A program made the translations under genes and the position numbers. A stretch of DNA of 64,000 nt, from NCBI GenBank assembly GCA_903825105.1, contig CAIJZI010000006.1, positions 1,399 through 65,398 on the forward strand. The letters are read 5' to 3'. Source of the stretch: an uncultured bacterium. GTDB lineage: Bacteria > Patescibacteriota > Minisyncoccia > Phycocordibacterales > Phycocordibacteraceae. Positions 36,417 to 47,299 of the stretch are shown here, piece after piece; the first letter of the stretch is position 1, and each line of letters opens with the position of its first letter. The notes under the pieces were generated by a model, which made no database searches, was not told where the DNA came from, and saw nothing but the letters and a program-made list of their open reading frames with translations.

Positions 36417-37556
36417 ATGGAGACCAAAACTCCTATCGAGCCATCCCTTCGTGCTCGTCAGCATTATTCCGATTTGTACGACAAGCACACGGTCGAGCAT
36501 TGCCGCTGGTGGGAGCAACATTCTCCGACGGTCGAGGATCTGAGGAAGGGCTGGACCAAGAAGGATAAGAAATTTGATGAGAAGGAGGCGCTGCGCACAG
36601 CCAATGCCTTTGGTCGTATGCACATGTATTTCATTAAGGGCGACCGTTATATCAAGAAAGACCAGACAATTAGGGAATGGATGGAGAGAGACGAGCAAAG
36701 AGACCGATTCTTTGAGGCCGCTAGTGCTCCCGAGAATATAAACTGTTTGACCTGCGGACGGCTCATGTTTGTGGGTTCAAAACATCTCCATAGCGGAGGA
36801 TTGAAGGAGCCCGATCGCATTCTATTTTTCTACGAGTGTCCGCTAGAGCATTTTCCGCTCAGAGCTTTCTATGACAATGGTGAGGAATTCAGGCGAGAAA
36901 AACCTCTTTGTCCCAAGTGCGGTGCAGCAGTTGTAGAGGAAGACAAAACTGCCGATGAGAAGTTCACCACCATCATCACCTGCTCAAAATGTGGCCACAC
37001 GGAGACGAGCGAGATAGAGCGTACGGTGAATAAGCCAGATCCGAACTTTGATAGAGATCGTGCTCGCTTTTGCCTAACAGAAAAAGAAGGCCAAGAATTT
37101 ATCCAAGGCCAAGAGAACATTAAAGGGCTAGCAAAGCTCATGGATGAAATAGAAGAGAAAAAGAAGCATAAGGATACCTATGACAAGGTGGCAAAATTAA
37201 AGAAGCTGAAAATCATTGAACTCGAAGAGTTGCTCACCCCTGTTCTCGAGAAGGCCGGGTACATCAAACTCCAGCTGAAGAACCCCGAGATCACCAAGGA
37301 CGTGATTGTTCCGTTTGTTGTGTATGAAAAGCGACCGGATAGAGAGGGGCGTGCAAGCACCTACGAGCTTGAGAAGCTTCTCAGGAAGACGCTCCTGGAG
37401 ACAAATTGGCGACTTATGACGGATGGCACAACTTACCGTTTGGGCATGCTAGAGGGGCGTTTTAGAGGCTATGAGAGGGAAGAAGACCTACTTGAGCTGG
37501 TACGGACCAAAGAAAAAAGAGAGGCGAAGCGAAAGAATGGTGAGGCTGGTAATTGA
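36417..37556 (+). CDS. Zinc-ribbon hypothetical protein, first gene inside attL
   Basis: CLTC..CPLEH and CPKC..CSKC motifs; ATG 36417 after TGgCATACT. Confidence 0.7.
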   Translation: METKTPIEPSLRARQHYSDLYDKHTVEHCRWWEQHSPTVEDLRKGWTKKDKKFDEKEALRTANAFGRMHMYFIKGDRYIKKDQTIREWMERDEQRDRFFEAASAPENINCLTCGRLMFVGSKHLHSGGLKEPDRILFFYECPLEHFPLRAFYDNGEEFRREKPLCPKCGAAVVEEDKTADEKFTTIITCSKCGHTETSEIERTVNKPDPNFDRDRARFCLTEKEGQEFIQGQENIKGLAKLMDEIEEKKKHKDTYDKVAKLKKLKIIELEELLTPVLEKAGYIKLQLKNPEITKDVIVPFVVYEKRPDREGRASTYELEKLLRKTLLETNWRLMTDGTTYRLGMLEGRFRGYEREEDLLELVRTKEKREAKRKNGEAGN

Positions 37557-37833
37557 GAGATTTCTACGGATTTACGTCCGAAACGAGGCTTTACAGGCAC
37601 TTTTATCCTAATTAATCTGAATCAATCCGAAAAAAGTGAGCATTTAAGCCGTATTCAAAAACCACAGTTTAAGAAAAAGTGCTCAAAAAGGCACTTTTAC
37701 TGCTATTTTCGTGTAAAAAACGTGTATTTTTGTGTCATTTTTTGCTACTTTTAACCACTCAGAGAAGTGACGTTATAAAACACATCATGCACAAAATTGG
37801 TGTCAAATATGGAAAAGTCCTATACTTCTTGTA

Positions 37834-39915
37834 ATGGACACAAACGGCAAGTATCTGAGAACGACTCTCGAAGCGCTTCATTTGGAAGATGCGACAGAAG
37901 TTGCAGAGACCACAAGAAATGCTTCTAACATAGTTGGTGCAATAATTTCTGCTTATGGTGGCACCACTGAGATCGGAATAGATCGTATAGCAGTTCCTCC
38001 CGGTCCTGCAACAGGGTTGGTTTATGGCCGTATACAGAGTGGTAAAACTCGAGCTATGATCGCAAGTACTGCTCTGGCTTTTGATAATGGTTTCCGAATC
38101 TCAATAGTGATGACGAGTAACATTAATGATCTGGTAAGTCAGACACATCTAGATTTTTCAAGTGGATTGCCAGGCGTGATGACTTTTACGAAGGACAATG
38201 ATTTCGACAAAGAAGTTGCAAATACAAAGGTCCAAATGGAAAAAGGTGATGCACGACTGTTGATCGTTTGTTCAAAGGGCGCGGGAAGTCTCCAAAACGT
38301 TTCTGCTTTCCTCAGAACTATAGGAGGCGAAAATTATCCAGCAATAATTTTTGACGACGAAGGAGATCAGGCTTCCTTAGATACTAACACTCATCGTCGT
38401 TCCTCTGGTGCTGCGCTTGCTCCGAGTAGTATAAATCAAATCATTCAGTCGCAACTTCGAATCGCATTAACACGTCATGTGTACGTAAGTGTGACAGGAA
38501 CACCACAAGCTGTCCTTCTTCAAAGCGCTGATGCTAGTCATCGCCCATCATTTATTGTTATGTTGCCTCCAGGTGCTTCCTATATCGGCGGCGACCACTT
38601 CTTTGGGAAAGACGAGCCGGAAGATAATGAAGACCATCTCGTTAGTATTATCGAGCAAAACGAGAAGGAAGAAATTCTCAATGACGCCGCGCCTATTCCT
38701 AACGGACTACGACGCTCAATCCTATTTTTTCTTATAGCTTCTGCAGCAGCTATCAAAAATAAAGGTCCTCAGGAAAAGGGTTATTCCTACCTGTGCCACC
38801 CTAGTCTTAAAAATATTGAACAGGATCGTGCTGAAGCTAGAATAAACACGTTTCTCACTGAGATTACTGAAACATTGCTGGATAATAATGAGAACGCAAT
38901 TCTTCGAGAATTACGAGAAGCTTATGAGGAGTTAAAACGGACGCTTGGAGAAGAGACTCCAAATTTTGATGAACTGAAAGGGATTGTACGTCAACAATTG
39001 GCAACACGACGACTGCTGGTGATTAACGCAAAAATAAAACGCCAGGGTATCGCATACGGGGGAGGACTGAATTTCCTTATAGGAGGTAACACTCTCGGAA
39101 GAGGTATCGCCGTAAAAAATCTTCTCGTAACCTACTACGTACGCGATTCCAAAATGTCTCAGATTGATACTATGCACCAGCACGCTCGTATGTACGGGTA
39201 TCGTTCTGCAACCCTGAAATATACAAAGCTGTATATTCCGCGTCATCTGTACTATAGATTCCGTGACATTCATTTTTCTGATACTGATCTTCGGAACTTT
39301 ATTGATGCTCATAAAGATGACCTCCCGTCGTCTTTCCCAGTCGAGTACACAAATGTCTTAAGAGCAACCCGTCCTAGTGTATTGGATGCTGATAAGACTG
39401 ACACACTACGACCCGGTCTTCAGATCTACCCTAATTATGTGGTCGTTCCTCAGCCTTCGATTAAATACGCGAATGTGCTAACACGTATTCGTTCGCACCT
39501 CGGTTTTACTACTGAGCTAGAGAATGCAATGGCGGAAACTGGTCGGGCAGGAGTCACCATAACAAGAGACGAGGCTATTGAGCTTGTAGAGATGATAAAG
39601 ACGCGATCACAAAATACGTGGCGTGATAAAACTATTGGGGCCGTTATAACAAAAGTCGCCGAGAGAATGGGAGATAGTGTGACTTTGAAGTTTAGAACCG
39701 CAGAGCGTACTGTCCGCGAAGACGGCTTTATGTCGACTGGTACATTGTCTGGTGATGAACTGACACAGGCACGTGGGGCTACCATACCCACACTATGGAT
39801 CATGGCTGTACACACGACACCGGATAGCGCCGCCGGTGCTGGCCAACAGTTTATGTATCCCACTTTTGTGATACCCGAGAGTCTTGGTAGCCTTTTCATT
39901 TTCAACAAAGGGTAG
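37834..39915 (+). CDS. SF2-helicase-like/Z1-domain protein (RM-associated)
   Basis: GRIQSGKT, IFDDEGD, VSVTGTP, IGGNTLGRG, DTMHQHARMYGYR. Confidence 0.85.
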   Translation: MDTNGKYLRTTLEALHLEDATEVAETTRNASNIVGAIISAYGGTTEIGIDRIAVPPGPATGLVYGRIQSGKTRAMIASTALAFDNGFRISIVMTSNINDLVSQTHLDFSSGLPGVMTFTKDNDFDKEVANTKVQMEKGDARLLIVCSKGAGSLQNVSAFLRTIGGENYPAIIFDDEGDQASLDTNTHRRSSGAALAPSSINQIIQSQLRIALTRHVYVSVTGTPQAVLLQSADASHRPSFIVMLPPGASYIGGDHFFGKDEPEDNEDHLVSIIEQNEKEEILNDAAPIPNGLRRSILFFLIASAAAIKNKGPQEKGYSYLCHPSLKNIEQDRAEARINTFLTEITETLLDNNENAILRELREAYEELKRTLGEETPNFDELKGIVRQQLATRRLLVINAKIKRQGIAYGGGLNFLIGGNTLGRGIAVKNLLVTYYVRDSKMSQIDTMHQHARMYGYRSATLKYTKLYIPRHLYYRFRDIHFSDTDLRNFIDAHKDDLPSSFPVEYTNVLRATRPSVLDADKTDTLRPGLQIYPNYVVVPQPSIKYANVLTRIRSHLGFTTELENAMAETGRAGVTITRDEAIELVEMIKTRSQNTWRDKTIGAVITKVAERMGDSVTLKFRTAERTVREDGFMSTGTLSGDELTQARGATIPTLWIMAVHTTPDSAAGAGQQFMYPTFVIPESLGSLFIFNKG

Positions 39916-39961
39916 GATTGTCCCTCTCGAGTTTTCTCCCAATTAGTTCTATAATGGGCAC

Positions 39962-41050
39962 ATGACAGCCAAGAGCTCGCTAAAGAAGAGTGACGTAAAA
40001 ATAGTTGATCTATTTTGTGGAGTTGGCGGTTTAACACACGGCCTCATTCTTGAAGGGTTGGACGTTGTTGCTGGTGTCGACAATGATGAATCCTGTCGCT
40101 TCGCTTTCGAGAAGAATAATTCCTCTGAGTTCATATACAAAGATGTTGCTGAGTTTTCAGCCAAAGAACTTCGGCGTCTTTATGCCGACGCCCCCATTAA
40201 AGTTCTTGTGGGTTGTGCTCCATGTCAACCATTTTCTACAATGAATCGAACAAAGAACACAGCTAAGGATCGAAAGAAGCGGTGGGGTCCTCTCTATCAC
40301 TTCATGGCACTTATTAAAAACACGCATCCCGACGTTATTTCCATGGAGAATGTCCCGGATCTAGCAAATACAAAAAAATATCCCGTGTTTGGTGAATTTC
40401 TAAAGACTCTAAATACGGAAGGCTATAATGTGGAGTACCGTGTTGTTGATGTGTCACGATATGGAGTACCTCAGAAACGAAGAAGGTTAGTACTTCTTGC
40501 TTCATTGCTTGGAGATATATCGTTGATTCCAGAAACTCACGATAAGGATAACGCTGTGACTGTACGCGAAACTATAGGCCATCTGCCTGCAATTAAAGAT
40601 GGTCAAGTCCATAAGGACGATCCTCTTCACTGGGCAAGTAAACTTAGTGAGACCAATAAGAAAAGAATTGTAGCCACTCCAAAGAACGGAGGGAGCGCGA
40701 AGAGCTGGAGCAAGGAGTTGGTCCCAGATTGTTACACACGGGAAAGTGGGAAAGGGTATATGTCGACTGTGTATGGAAGAATGCGATGGGATGATGCTTC
40801 TGCCACAATAACTACACACTGCACAACATTGGGAGCTGGACGATACGGACATCCAAAACAAAATCGTGCAATTTCTTTGCGAGAAGCAGCATTGTTGCAA
40901 AGCTTTCCTGAATACTATGAGTTTGAACGACCAGAGAATATTTCTATGGTTAAAACAGCGCGGCATATAGGGAATGCCGTGCCAGTCTTGCTAGGGCGTA
41001 CCATAGGGAAAAGCATTAGAAAGCATATCGAAGAACATCTTGCGGCTTAA
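39962..41050 (+). CDS. DNA (cytosine-5) methyltransferase
   Basis: DLFCGVGG, APCQPFS, ENV, PQKRRR, LREAALLQSFP, IGNAVP. Confidence 0.95.
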   Translation: MTAKSSLKKSDVKIVDLFCGVGGLTHGLILEGLDVVAGVDNDESCRFAFEKNNSSEFIYKDVAEFSAKELRRLYADAPIKVLVGCAPCQPFSTMNRTKNTAKDRKKRWGPLYHFMALIKNTHPDVISMENVPDLANTKKYPVFGEFLKTLNTEGYNVEYRVVDVSRYGVPQKRRRLVLLASLLGDISLIPETHDKDNAVTVRETIGHLPAIKDGQVHKDDPLHWASKLSETNKKRIVATPKNGGSAKSWSKELVPDCYTRESGKGYMSTVYGRMRWDDASATITTHCTTLGAGRYGHPKQNRAISLREAALLQSFPEYYEFERPENISMVKTARHIGNAVPVLLGRTIGKSIRKHIEEHLAA

Positions 41051-41175
41051 TCGTGGACCTATCACCGACCTCCCTCAGAGATGATGGTGGAGTATACAAC
41101 TTGTGTTCTCGAATGACCTCGATTATTTATACAATCGCGCAAAATGTCATAAACGGCCTTTTCTGCTAGGATTAC

Positions 41176-42168
41176 ATGAACATGGCTTTGTTCAAGATAA
41201 ATGGCTCGGCAGTGAGGAAATTGGCCGCTAAAGACCTCGATTTAGAGAAGCATCTTCAGGCACTCTTTGAAGGAAATCTTGATGAGCTCTTAAACATAAG
41301 TTTCCTGGCCCACGAATATTCCACGAGTTCTGGTGGGCGGATCGACACTCTCGGTATCGATAAAAATGGCTCGCCTTGCATCATCGAATATAAACGAGGA
41401 CAGGACGATAATGTCATAAACCAAGGACTTTCATATTTACTGTGGCTTCTTGACCATAAAGCTGATTTCGAGAAACTTGTCGCAGAGTCGTCACACTTAC
41501 AACTTGAGGAAGTGATAGCGGAACAAGATTTACGTAACGGAGATGCTGTTCCTGTAATGAAGAAACGCGCGCCGTCAATCGACTGGGATTCGCCGCGAGT
41601 GATTTGCATTGCAGAAAGCTATAACAAATTCGATCTTGATACCGTCGATATATTGCCGATTAAGGTGGAGCTTTTCCGCTATCGCATATACGACGACAAT
41701 ATTCTATATCTCGAGCCAGAGAGTCACAAAAAAGTCCGTGTCTCAACGTCTAGCATTGTTCGCAAAGAAAAGACTGTTAAGGATAAGGAGACACAGCTAC
41801 AAAAGAGTTACTCGGTCGATGATCATCTTGTTGGTGTTAATCGAGATACGGTGACGCTTTTTCAGGCACTCCGGGAACAAATTCTATCGCTCGATGAGGA
41901 AATCCGAGAAGAACCCATGAAGTTCTATATCGCCTATAAATTGGCCACGAATTTTCTGGATATCGAGCTCCATAAGAATGATATGAAGCTTTTTCTTAAT
42001 ATAAAGACAGGACAACTAGATGACCCGTATGGTCTAGCTCGTGACATGGAAACGCCGAAGCATATTGGGCACCACGGTAATGGTGACTACGAAATTAAGC
42101 TTGAGAGAGCAGAAGATTTAGATAAAGCATTCGCTTTGGTTAAACAGAGCTATGATTTGAATAAATAG
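41176..42168 (+). CDS. NucS/DUF91-like PD-(D/E)XK nuclease fused to DUF5655-like domain
   Basis: GRIDTLG..IIEYKR..INQGLSY; KFYIAYK..NF, GHHGNGDYEI. Confidence 0.8.
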   Translation: MNMALFKINGSAVRKLAAKDLDLEKHLQALFEGNLDELLNISFLAHEYSTSSGGRIDTLGIDKNGSPCIIEYKRGQDDNVINQGLSYLLWLLDHKADFEKLVAESSHLQLEEVIAEQDLRNGDAVPVMKKRAPSIDWDSPRVICIAESYNKFDLDTVDILPIKVELFRYRIYDDNILYLEPESHKKVRVSTSSIVRKEKTVKDKETQLQKSYSVDDHLVGVNRDTVTLFQALREQILSLDEEIREEPMKFYIAYKLATNFLDIELHKNDMKLFLNIKTGQLDDPYGLARDMETPKHIGHHGNGDYEIKLERAEDLDKAFALVKQSYDLNK

Positions 42169-42169
42169 T

Positions 42170-43243
42170 ATGGAAGCCAAAGTTTTAAATACAGGCCTTA
42201 ACAAAGCTGGTCAAGCAAAGAAAGATGAGTTTTATACTCAGCTCGTTGATATTGAAAAGGAACTGAAGCACTACAAAAGTCAGTTCCGTGGCAAAGTGGT
42301 GTATTGCAATTGCGACGATCCATTCGAGAGCAACTTCTTTAAATATTTTGCCGCCAATTTCAACGCACTCGGGTTGAAGAAACTTATCGCCACGAGTTAC
42401 AAGCCGTCTCCCATAGCAAACACGCAGTTGGGTTTATTTGGCGACATCAAAGCGTTAGACACCCCCAAAGGCCGCCCTAAAGTAACCGCTAACAAATTCA
42501 TTATCAATGAAGTTGATGATATAGACGGCGACGGAGCTTTTGACTTGCGTGATATTGCCGAGCAGCTCAAGGCTAATAAAAACAACGAATGGGCTCCATT
42601 AGAAGATGAGGGGGATTTTAGAAGCAAAGAAAGCATAGAACTGCTAAAGCAAGCTGATATTGTTGTAACAAATCCACCGTTCTCCCTTTTTCGTGAGTAT
42701 GTTGCACAGTTAATGGAACACGGTAAGAAGTTTTTGATTCTTGGTAATCAAAATGCCATTATCTACAAAGAGGTTTTTATGTTCATTAAAGAAAACAAGT
42801 TATGGCTTGGTTATGACAACGGCGGTACAAAGTGGTTTCAGGTTCCCAATGACTATGATATTCAAACCGAATCGAGAATTAAAACTGAAAACGGTGTGAA
42901 ATATTTCAGTATGGGTAGCGTTGTTTGGTTTACAAATCTTGATACCACAAAACGTCACGAGGAGCTGACGTTATACAAGAAATACAGCCCAAGAGAATAT
43001 CCAAAGTACGACAATTACGACGCAATTGAAGTCTCGAAATATCTCGACATCCCTATGAATTACGATGATGTGATGGGAGTGCCTATCACTTTTCTTGATA
43101 AATATAATCCAAATCAATTTGAGATCATTGGCTCAAACCGTGGCATCGATCAGGATTCGAAAGGGGTATACGGCAGGGGGTCTTTTTTGAAAGGCAGAGA
43201 AACTTTTAAGCGAATTTTTATCAAAAACAAAAATGTAAAATAA
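42170..43243 (+). CDS. Adenine-specific DNA methyltransferase, EcoRI-methylase family
   Basis: DEFYT, YCNCDDP, GDFRS, VVTNPPFSLFREY, MGVPITFLDKYNP. Confidence 0.9.
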   Translation: MEAKVLNTGLNKAGQAKKDEFYTQLVDIEKELKHYKSQFRGKVVYCNCDDPFESNFFKYFAANFNALGLKKLIATSYKPSPIANTQLGLFGDIKALDTPKGRPKVTANKFIINEVDDIDGDGAFDLRDIAEQLKANKNNEWAPLEDEGDFRSKESIELLKQADIVVTNPPFSLFREYVAQLMEHGKKFLILGNQNAIIYKEVFMFIKENKLWLGYDNGGTKWFQVPNDYDIQTESRIKTENGVKYFSMGSVVWFTNLDTTKRHEELTLYKKYSPREYPKYDNYDAIEVSKYLDIPMNYDDVMGVPITFLDKYNPNQFEIIGSNRGIDQDSKGVYGRGSFLKGRETFKRIFIKNKNVK

Positions 43244-43248
43244 TCAAT

Positions 43249-44340
43249 ATGAAAATCGAACCACATCAAATCCCAATACGCGAAGTAGTTGCCGACTATA
43301 GGGACAGCGATGAAGAGGGAGTTGTTGCTTACGGTGGCAAGCTTGATGTACGTCCGAAATATCAGCGGGAATTTGTGTATAAACCTGAACAGCGCAATGC
43401 TGTATTGCACTCCGTCCGGCACCAGTTTCCTCTCAATATTATGTATTGGATAGAAAATAGCGGCGGGAATTACGAAGTGCTTGATGGTCAGCAACGCACT
43501 TTAAGCATTTGTCAGTACGTTAATGGCGACTATTCAATCAATGATCGCTATTTTCATAACCTTACAAAAGAGGAGAAGGATCAGATATTGGACTACGAGC
43601 TCATGATTTACTTTTGTGACGGCACAGACAAAGAACGTATCGAGTGGTTTGATGTCATAAATACAGCAGGTGAAAAGCTCACGCCGCAAGAATTACGTAA
43701 CGCCGTTTATACCGGTCCGTGGCTTTCTGATGCAAAACTCAAATTCAGCAAAAGGAACTGTGTAGCATATTTACTTTCTAACGATGGTGGGCAACTAATC
43801 AGCGGAGATACAATTCGTCAAGAATACCTGGAAACCGCGCTCTCGTGGATAAACAACGGTGAAGTGGCGGACTACATGGCGAAGCATCAGCATGATAAAA
43901 ACGCTAACGACTTGTGGGAGTACTTCCAAAACGTCATCGCGTGGGTGCGCAAGACGTTCCCGAATCATCGCAAAGAAATGGCAAGCGTGAATTGGGGCGA
44001 GTTGTACAACGAGTTCAAAGATGAAAACCTGGATGCCAAGAAACTAGAAGCCGAGGTTGCGAAGCTGATGCAAGATGAGGACGTGACAAAGAAATCAGGG
44101 ATCTATCCATTCTTACTCACAAGGCAAGAAAGGCATCTTTCAATTCGCGCTTTCAATGACAAGATGAAGCGCGAGGCGTACGAGAGGCAGAATGGAATCT
44201 GCGTAAAATGTGAAGAGCGTTTTGTGATAGAAGAAATGGAAGCCGACCACATAAAGCCGTGGCACGAAGGCGGCAAAACCATCGCCGAGAATTGCCAGAT
44301 GCTATGCAAGCAAGATAATCGGACGAAGTCGGGAAAATAA
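43249..44340 (+). CDS. DUF262 (GmrSD N-like)-HNH endonuclease
   Basis: [21 protein letters not shown]; [24 protein letters not shown]. Confidence 0.9.
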   Translation: MKIEPHQIPIREVVADYRDSDEEGVVAYGGKLDVRPKYQREFVYKPEQRNAVLHSVRHQFPLNIMYWIENSGGNYEVLDGQQRTLSICQYVNGDYSINDRYFHNLTKEEKDQILDYELMIYFCDGTDKERIEWFDVINTAGEKLTPQELRNAVYTGPWLSDAKLKFSKRNCVAYLLSNDGGQLISGDTIRQEYLETALSWINNGEVADYMAKHQHDKNANDLWEYFQNVIAWVRKTFPNHRKEMASVNWGELYNEFKDENLDAKKLEAEVAKLMQDEDVTKKSGIYPFLLTRQERHLSIRAFNDKMKREAYERQNGICVKCEERFVIEEMEADHIKPWHEGGKTIAENCQMLCKQDNRTKSGK

Positions 44341-44345
44341 TATTT

Positions 44346-45623
44346 ATGAATGAAATCATCTGCCCACATTGTAAAAAAGCTTTCAAAATTGATGAGGCTG
44401 GCTTTGCTGACATATTGAAGCAAGTGCGAGACCGTGAGTTTGATAAGGAGCTACACGACCGCCTTGAGTTATTGGAAAAAGACAAAGAAAACGCTGTAAA
44501 GCTTGCTGAAGCAAACATCAAGAATGTCTTGCAAGCTGAAGTTGCCAAGAAAGACACTGAACTCGCAGAGCTAAAAGCTCAGAAAGATGCTCTTGTTGGT
44601 GAACTTAAGGCAGAGAAGGATACCGAAATTGCTCGCTTGCAAGCGAGGGTTGAGTCTGCTGAGACCGAGAAGAAGCTGGCCGTCACGGAAGCGGTGGTCA
44701 AGGTTGAAAAGGAGCGTGATAGGTTATCAGGCGAATTGAAGAATAAAGATACTGAAAAGCAGTTGATCGAGACCTCGCTTAAGGAGAAATTTACAGCGGA
44801 GCTCAAGACTAAGGACGACATCATCCGGCACAAGGATGAGGAAATCGCGTTGCGCAAGGATATGAAACTACGGCTTTCTACAAAAATGATAGGTGAGACT
44901 CTCGAGCAGCATTGCGAGACGGAGTTCAATAAGCTTCGCGCAACAGCCTTTCAAAATGCGTATTTTGAAAAGGACAACGATTCTAAAACCGGTAGTAAGG
45001 GCGATTATGTATATCGCGAGAGTGACCCGGATGGCAACGAGATCGTCTCTATTATGTTTGAAATGAAGAATGAGGGTGATGAGACCACCACAAAACACAA
45101 AAACGAGGACTTTCTGCGCGAACTCGATAAGGATCGTACAGAGAAAAAATGCGAATATGCTGTCCTCGTGTCGTTACTGGAGGTAGAAAATGAGCTATAC
45201 AATACCGGCATTGTCGACGTTTCCCACAAGTACCCCAAAATGTATGTGGTTCGGCCGCAGTTTTTCATCCCCATAATCACACTTTTGCGCAATGCAGCAA
45301 TGAACTCTCTCAAATATAAGGCAGAGCTTGCTCTCGTACGAAATCAGAATGTTGATATAACCAACTTTGAGGAGAACATGAATAACTTTAAGGAAGGCTT
45401 TTCAAAAAATTACGAGCTTGCCAGCCGTAAATTCAAAACCGCGATTGAGGAAATCGACAAAACCATTGAACATCTACAGAAAACAAAAGATGCGCTCGTG
45501 TCGTCTGAAAATAATCTTCGTCTTGCCAATAACAAAGCAGAAGATCTGACCATTAAGAAATTGACGCGGGGAAACCCCACGATGACAGCTAAGTTTGAAG
45601 AAATTTCTGATACCAATAAGTAG
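44346..45623 (+). CDS. DUF2130-family coiled-coil protein
   Basis: ICPHC N-terminus, coiled coil, [24 protein letters not shown]. Confidence 0.88.
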   Translation: MNEIICPHCKKAFKIDEAGFADILKQVRDREFDKELHDRLELLEKDKENAVKLAEANIKNVLQAEVAKKDTELAELKAQKDALVGELKAEKDTEIARLQARVESAETEKKLAVTEAVVKVEKERDRLSGELKNKDTEKQLIETSLKEKFTAELKTKDDIIRHKDEEIALRKDMKLRLSTKMIGETLEQHCETEFNKLRATAFQNAYFEKDNDSKTGSKGDYVYRESDPDGNEIVSIMFEMKNEGDETTTKHKNEDFLRELDKDRTEKKCEYAVLVSLLEVENELYNTGIVDVSHKYPKMYVVRPQFFIPIITLLRNAAMNSLKYKAELALVRNQNVDITNFEENMNNFKEGFSKNYELASRKFKTAIEEIDKTIEHLQKTKDALVSSENNLRLANNKAEDLTIKKLTRGNPTMTAKFEEISDTNK

Positions 45624-45718
45624 CAAGCGCGTTCTTGCTTAATCCGGCGTCGGAAATTATTAAAACTTGCGGGACTGGACCTGGGCGATACGTTAGAGAT
45701 TTGACAGGCAAGGTGATT

Positions 45719-46087
45719 CTAATAGGGGATTCCCTTCTCGACGTTTCCAGGCGGGAGCAGATTCTGTACCCGTTCGTTTTGAATTATTGAGGTGTGAGTG
45801 AACCACATCATGAGGGCTAAAAAGAAGACCCACACATATGTGAAGGTGAAGTCTTTATTCATATCTTTCTTGCCTTCGAAGTATGACCTCCAAAAGAAGA
45901 AAAGAATGAAAACGAGAGCGACGAGCTGCAATGGTCGACCAATAGAATCATGCACCACATCCACTACGAGTATGAAATAGCTCAGGGCGATCGTACCAAC
46001 CCATGTGGCGATTAATGCCAGAATCTCTCGCTTGAGCTCCTCCTGAGCCTTTTTAGCCTTGAATTCGTCCAAATTGGTCGTACCCAT
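45719..46087 (-). CDS. Small membrane protein
   Basis: Three hydrophobic segments; ATG 6 nt after TATACT on minus strand. Confidence 0.65.
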   Translation of the reverse strand: MGTTNLDEFKAKKAQEELKREILALIATWVGTIALSYFILVVDVVHDSIGRPLQLVALVFILFFFWRSYFEGKKDMNKDFTFTYVWVFFLALMMWFTHTSIIQNERVQNLLPPGNVEKGIPY

Positions 46088-46140
46088 ATGACAAGTATAC
46101 TTGGTAGAAGGATAGTTGTCATTTGCCCATACTCAGAGGT

Positions 46141-46359
46141 ATGGGGAAGCACCCGCCAATCGTGCCTAAATTCGCCAGGAAGCTCAGGAGCGAGCGTGAA
46201 GAACGTGGTTTTAGCCAAGAGTCTTTAGCGACCGCAGCAGGCCTGAGCCGGAACTACATAGGCATGATTGAACGTGGGGAGTCCAATCTTACTCTCGGTA
46301 CAGTCGAGAGGCTGGCACGAGCTCTTCGTATGGAGAGTTGGGAACTTCTCAAATTTTGA
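46141..46359 (+). CDS. XRE-family HTH regulator (C-protein-like)
   Basis: FSQESLA..AGLSRNYIGMIERGESNLTL. Confidence 0.9.
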   Translation: MGKHPPIVPKFARKLRSEREERGFSQESLATAAGLSRNYIGMIERGESNLTLGTVERLARALRMESWELLKF

Positions 46360-46368
46360 TAGTCTATC

Positions 46369-47151
46369 TTGATGCCGGTCGACAAAGACATCCTGGGTAT
46401 AACCGACCAGCTTCCTGAGCCGAAACAAAGGATATTTCTAACACTCACTAAATTTATACAAGCTCGTCAGAGGCGTGCTGCTGGAACGAAAAAACTTCGT
46501 GCAATTGCCATTGAGGATTTTGCAGATACTGAAATTACGGAGACAGACATTTGGCACTTTCTTGAAATTTTACGGAAGGTTTATCGCACTGTACAAGAAC
46601 CGCCGATCACAAGTGTGCTTACGGTTCATAAGTCATTGCCAAATCCCGGGATCACTTCTGGCCCCGATGGAAAGAAATATGCCACTGGCCTAGAGCCGGA
46701 AGTTATTACAAAAATTTACGAGCTTCTACTCGAAAAGTTTGGTGAAATCAAACCAGTATTCACAAAGGTTGAAAAACCGATCGTACAGGAGATTGTAATG
46801 CCGGGTTCGCGCTACCCATTGCTTATTGCAGATGACAACAGGGGGTATCTAAAATTTTATAAAGAAGGCCGTCGAATAGATATCGGTAAAATTACTGGCA
46901 GAAAATATCTTTTACTTTCCGTACTCATGAAGCCTCTTGGAACAGCTCGCACTATTGATTCAGTCTTTGATGTCATTTCGCAACCGAAGGACTGGCGTGA
47001 TTCCGACTTAAAAGACGCGTATAGAAGCGATTTTCGAAAACGCGAGCTCATAGACTATGCAATAAAGGATTTACAGAAGATTAAAGGTCTCACGGGTAAA
47101 ATAACCCTCCGCAATTACGGCAAAGATAAAATTGCACTAAAACTTGGTTAG
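46369..47151 (+). CDS. Hypothetical protein, possible C-terminal winged helix
   Basis: 260-aa ORF co-oriented with XRE; basic C-terminus. Confidence 0.55.
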   Translation: MMPVDKDILGITDQLPEPKQRIFLTLTKFIQARQRRAAGTKKLRAIAIEDFADTEITETDIWHFLEILRKVYRTVQEPPITSVLTVHKSLPNPGITSGPDGKKYATGLEPEVITKIYELLLEKFGEIKPVFTKVEKPIVQEIVMPGSRYPLLIADDNRGYLKFYKEGRRIDIGKITGRKYLLLSVLMKPLGTARTIDSVFDVISQPKDWRDSDLKDAYRSDFRKRELIDYAIKDLQKIKGLTGKITLRNYGKDKIALKLG

Positions 47152-47299
47152 AGGGTTTTAAAACACCGAGCTCATGGGAGCTTCGGGCTCTTTCGTGGAA
47201 GCCTTATTTCTAGGCGTATTTTTGACACAAAATTAGAGAAATCCCTCTCAATCCCTCTGATTCAAGCTGAGTGAGAGGGTTCTATACGCTCGGTCTCAT

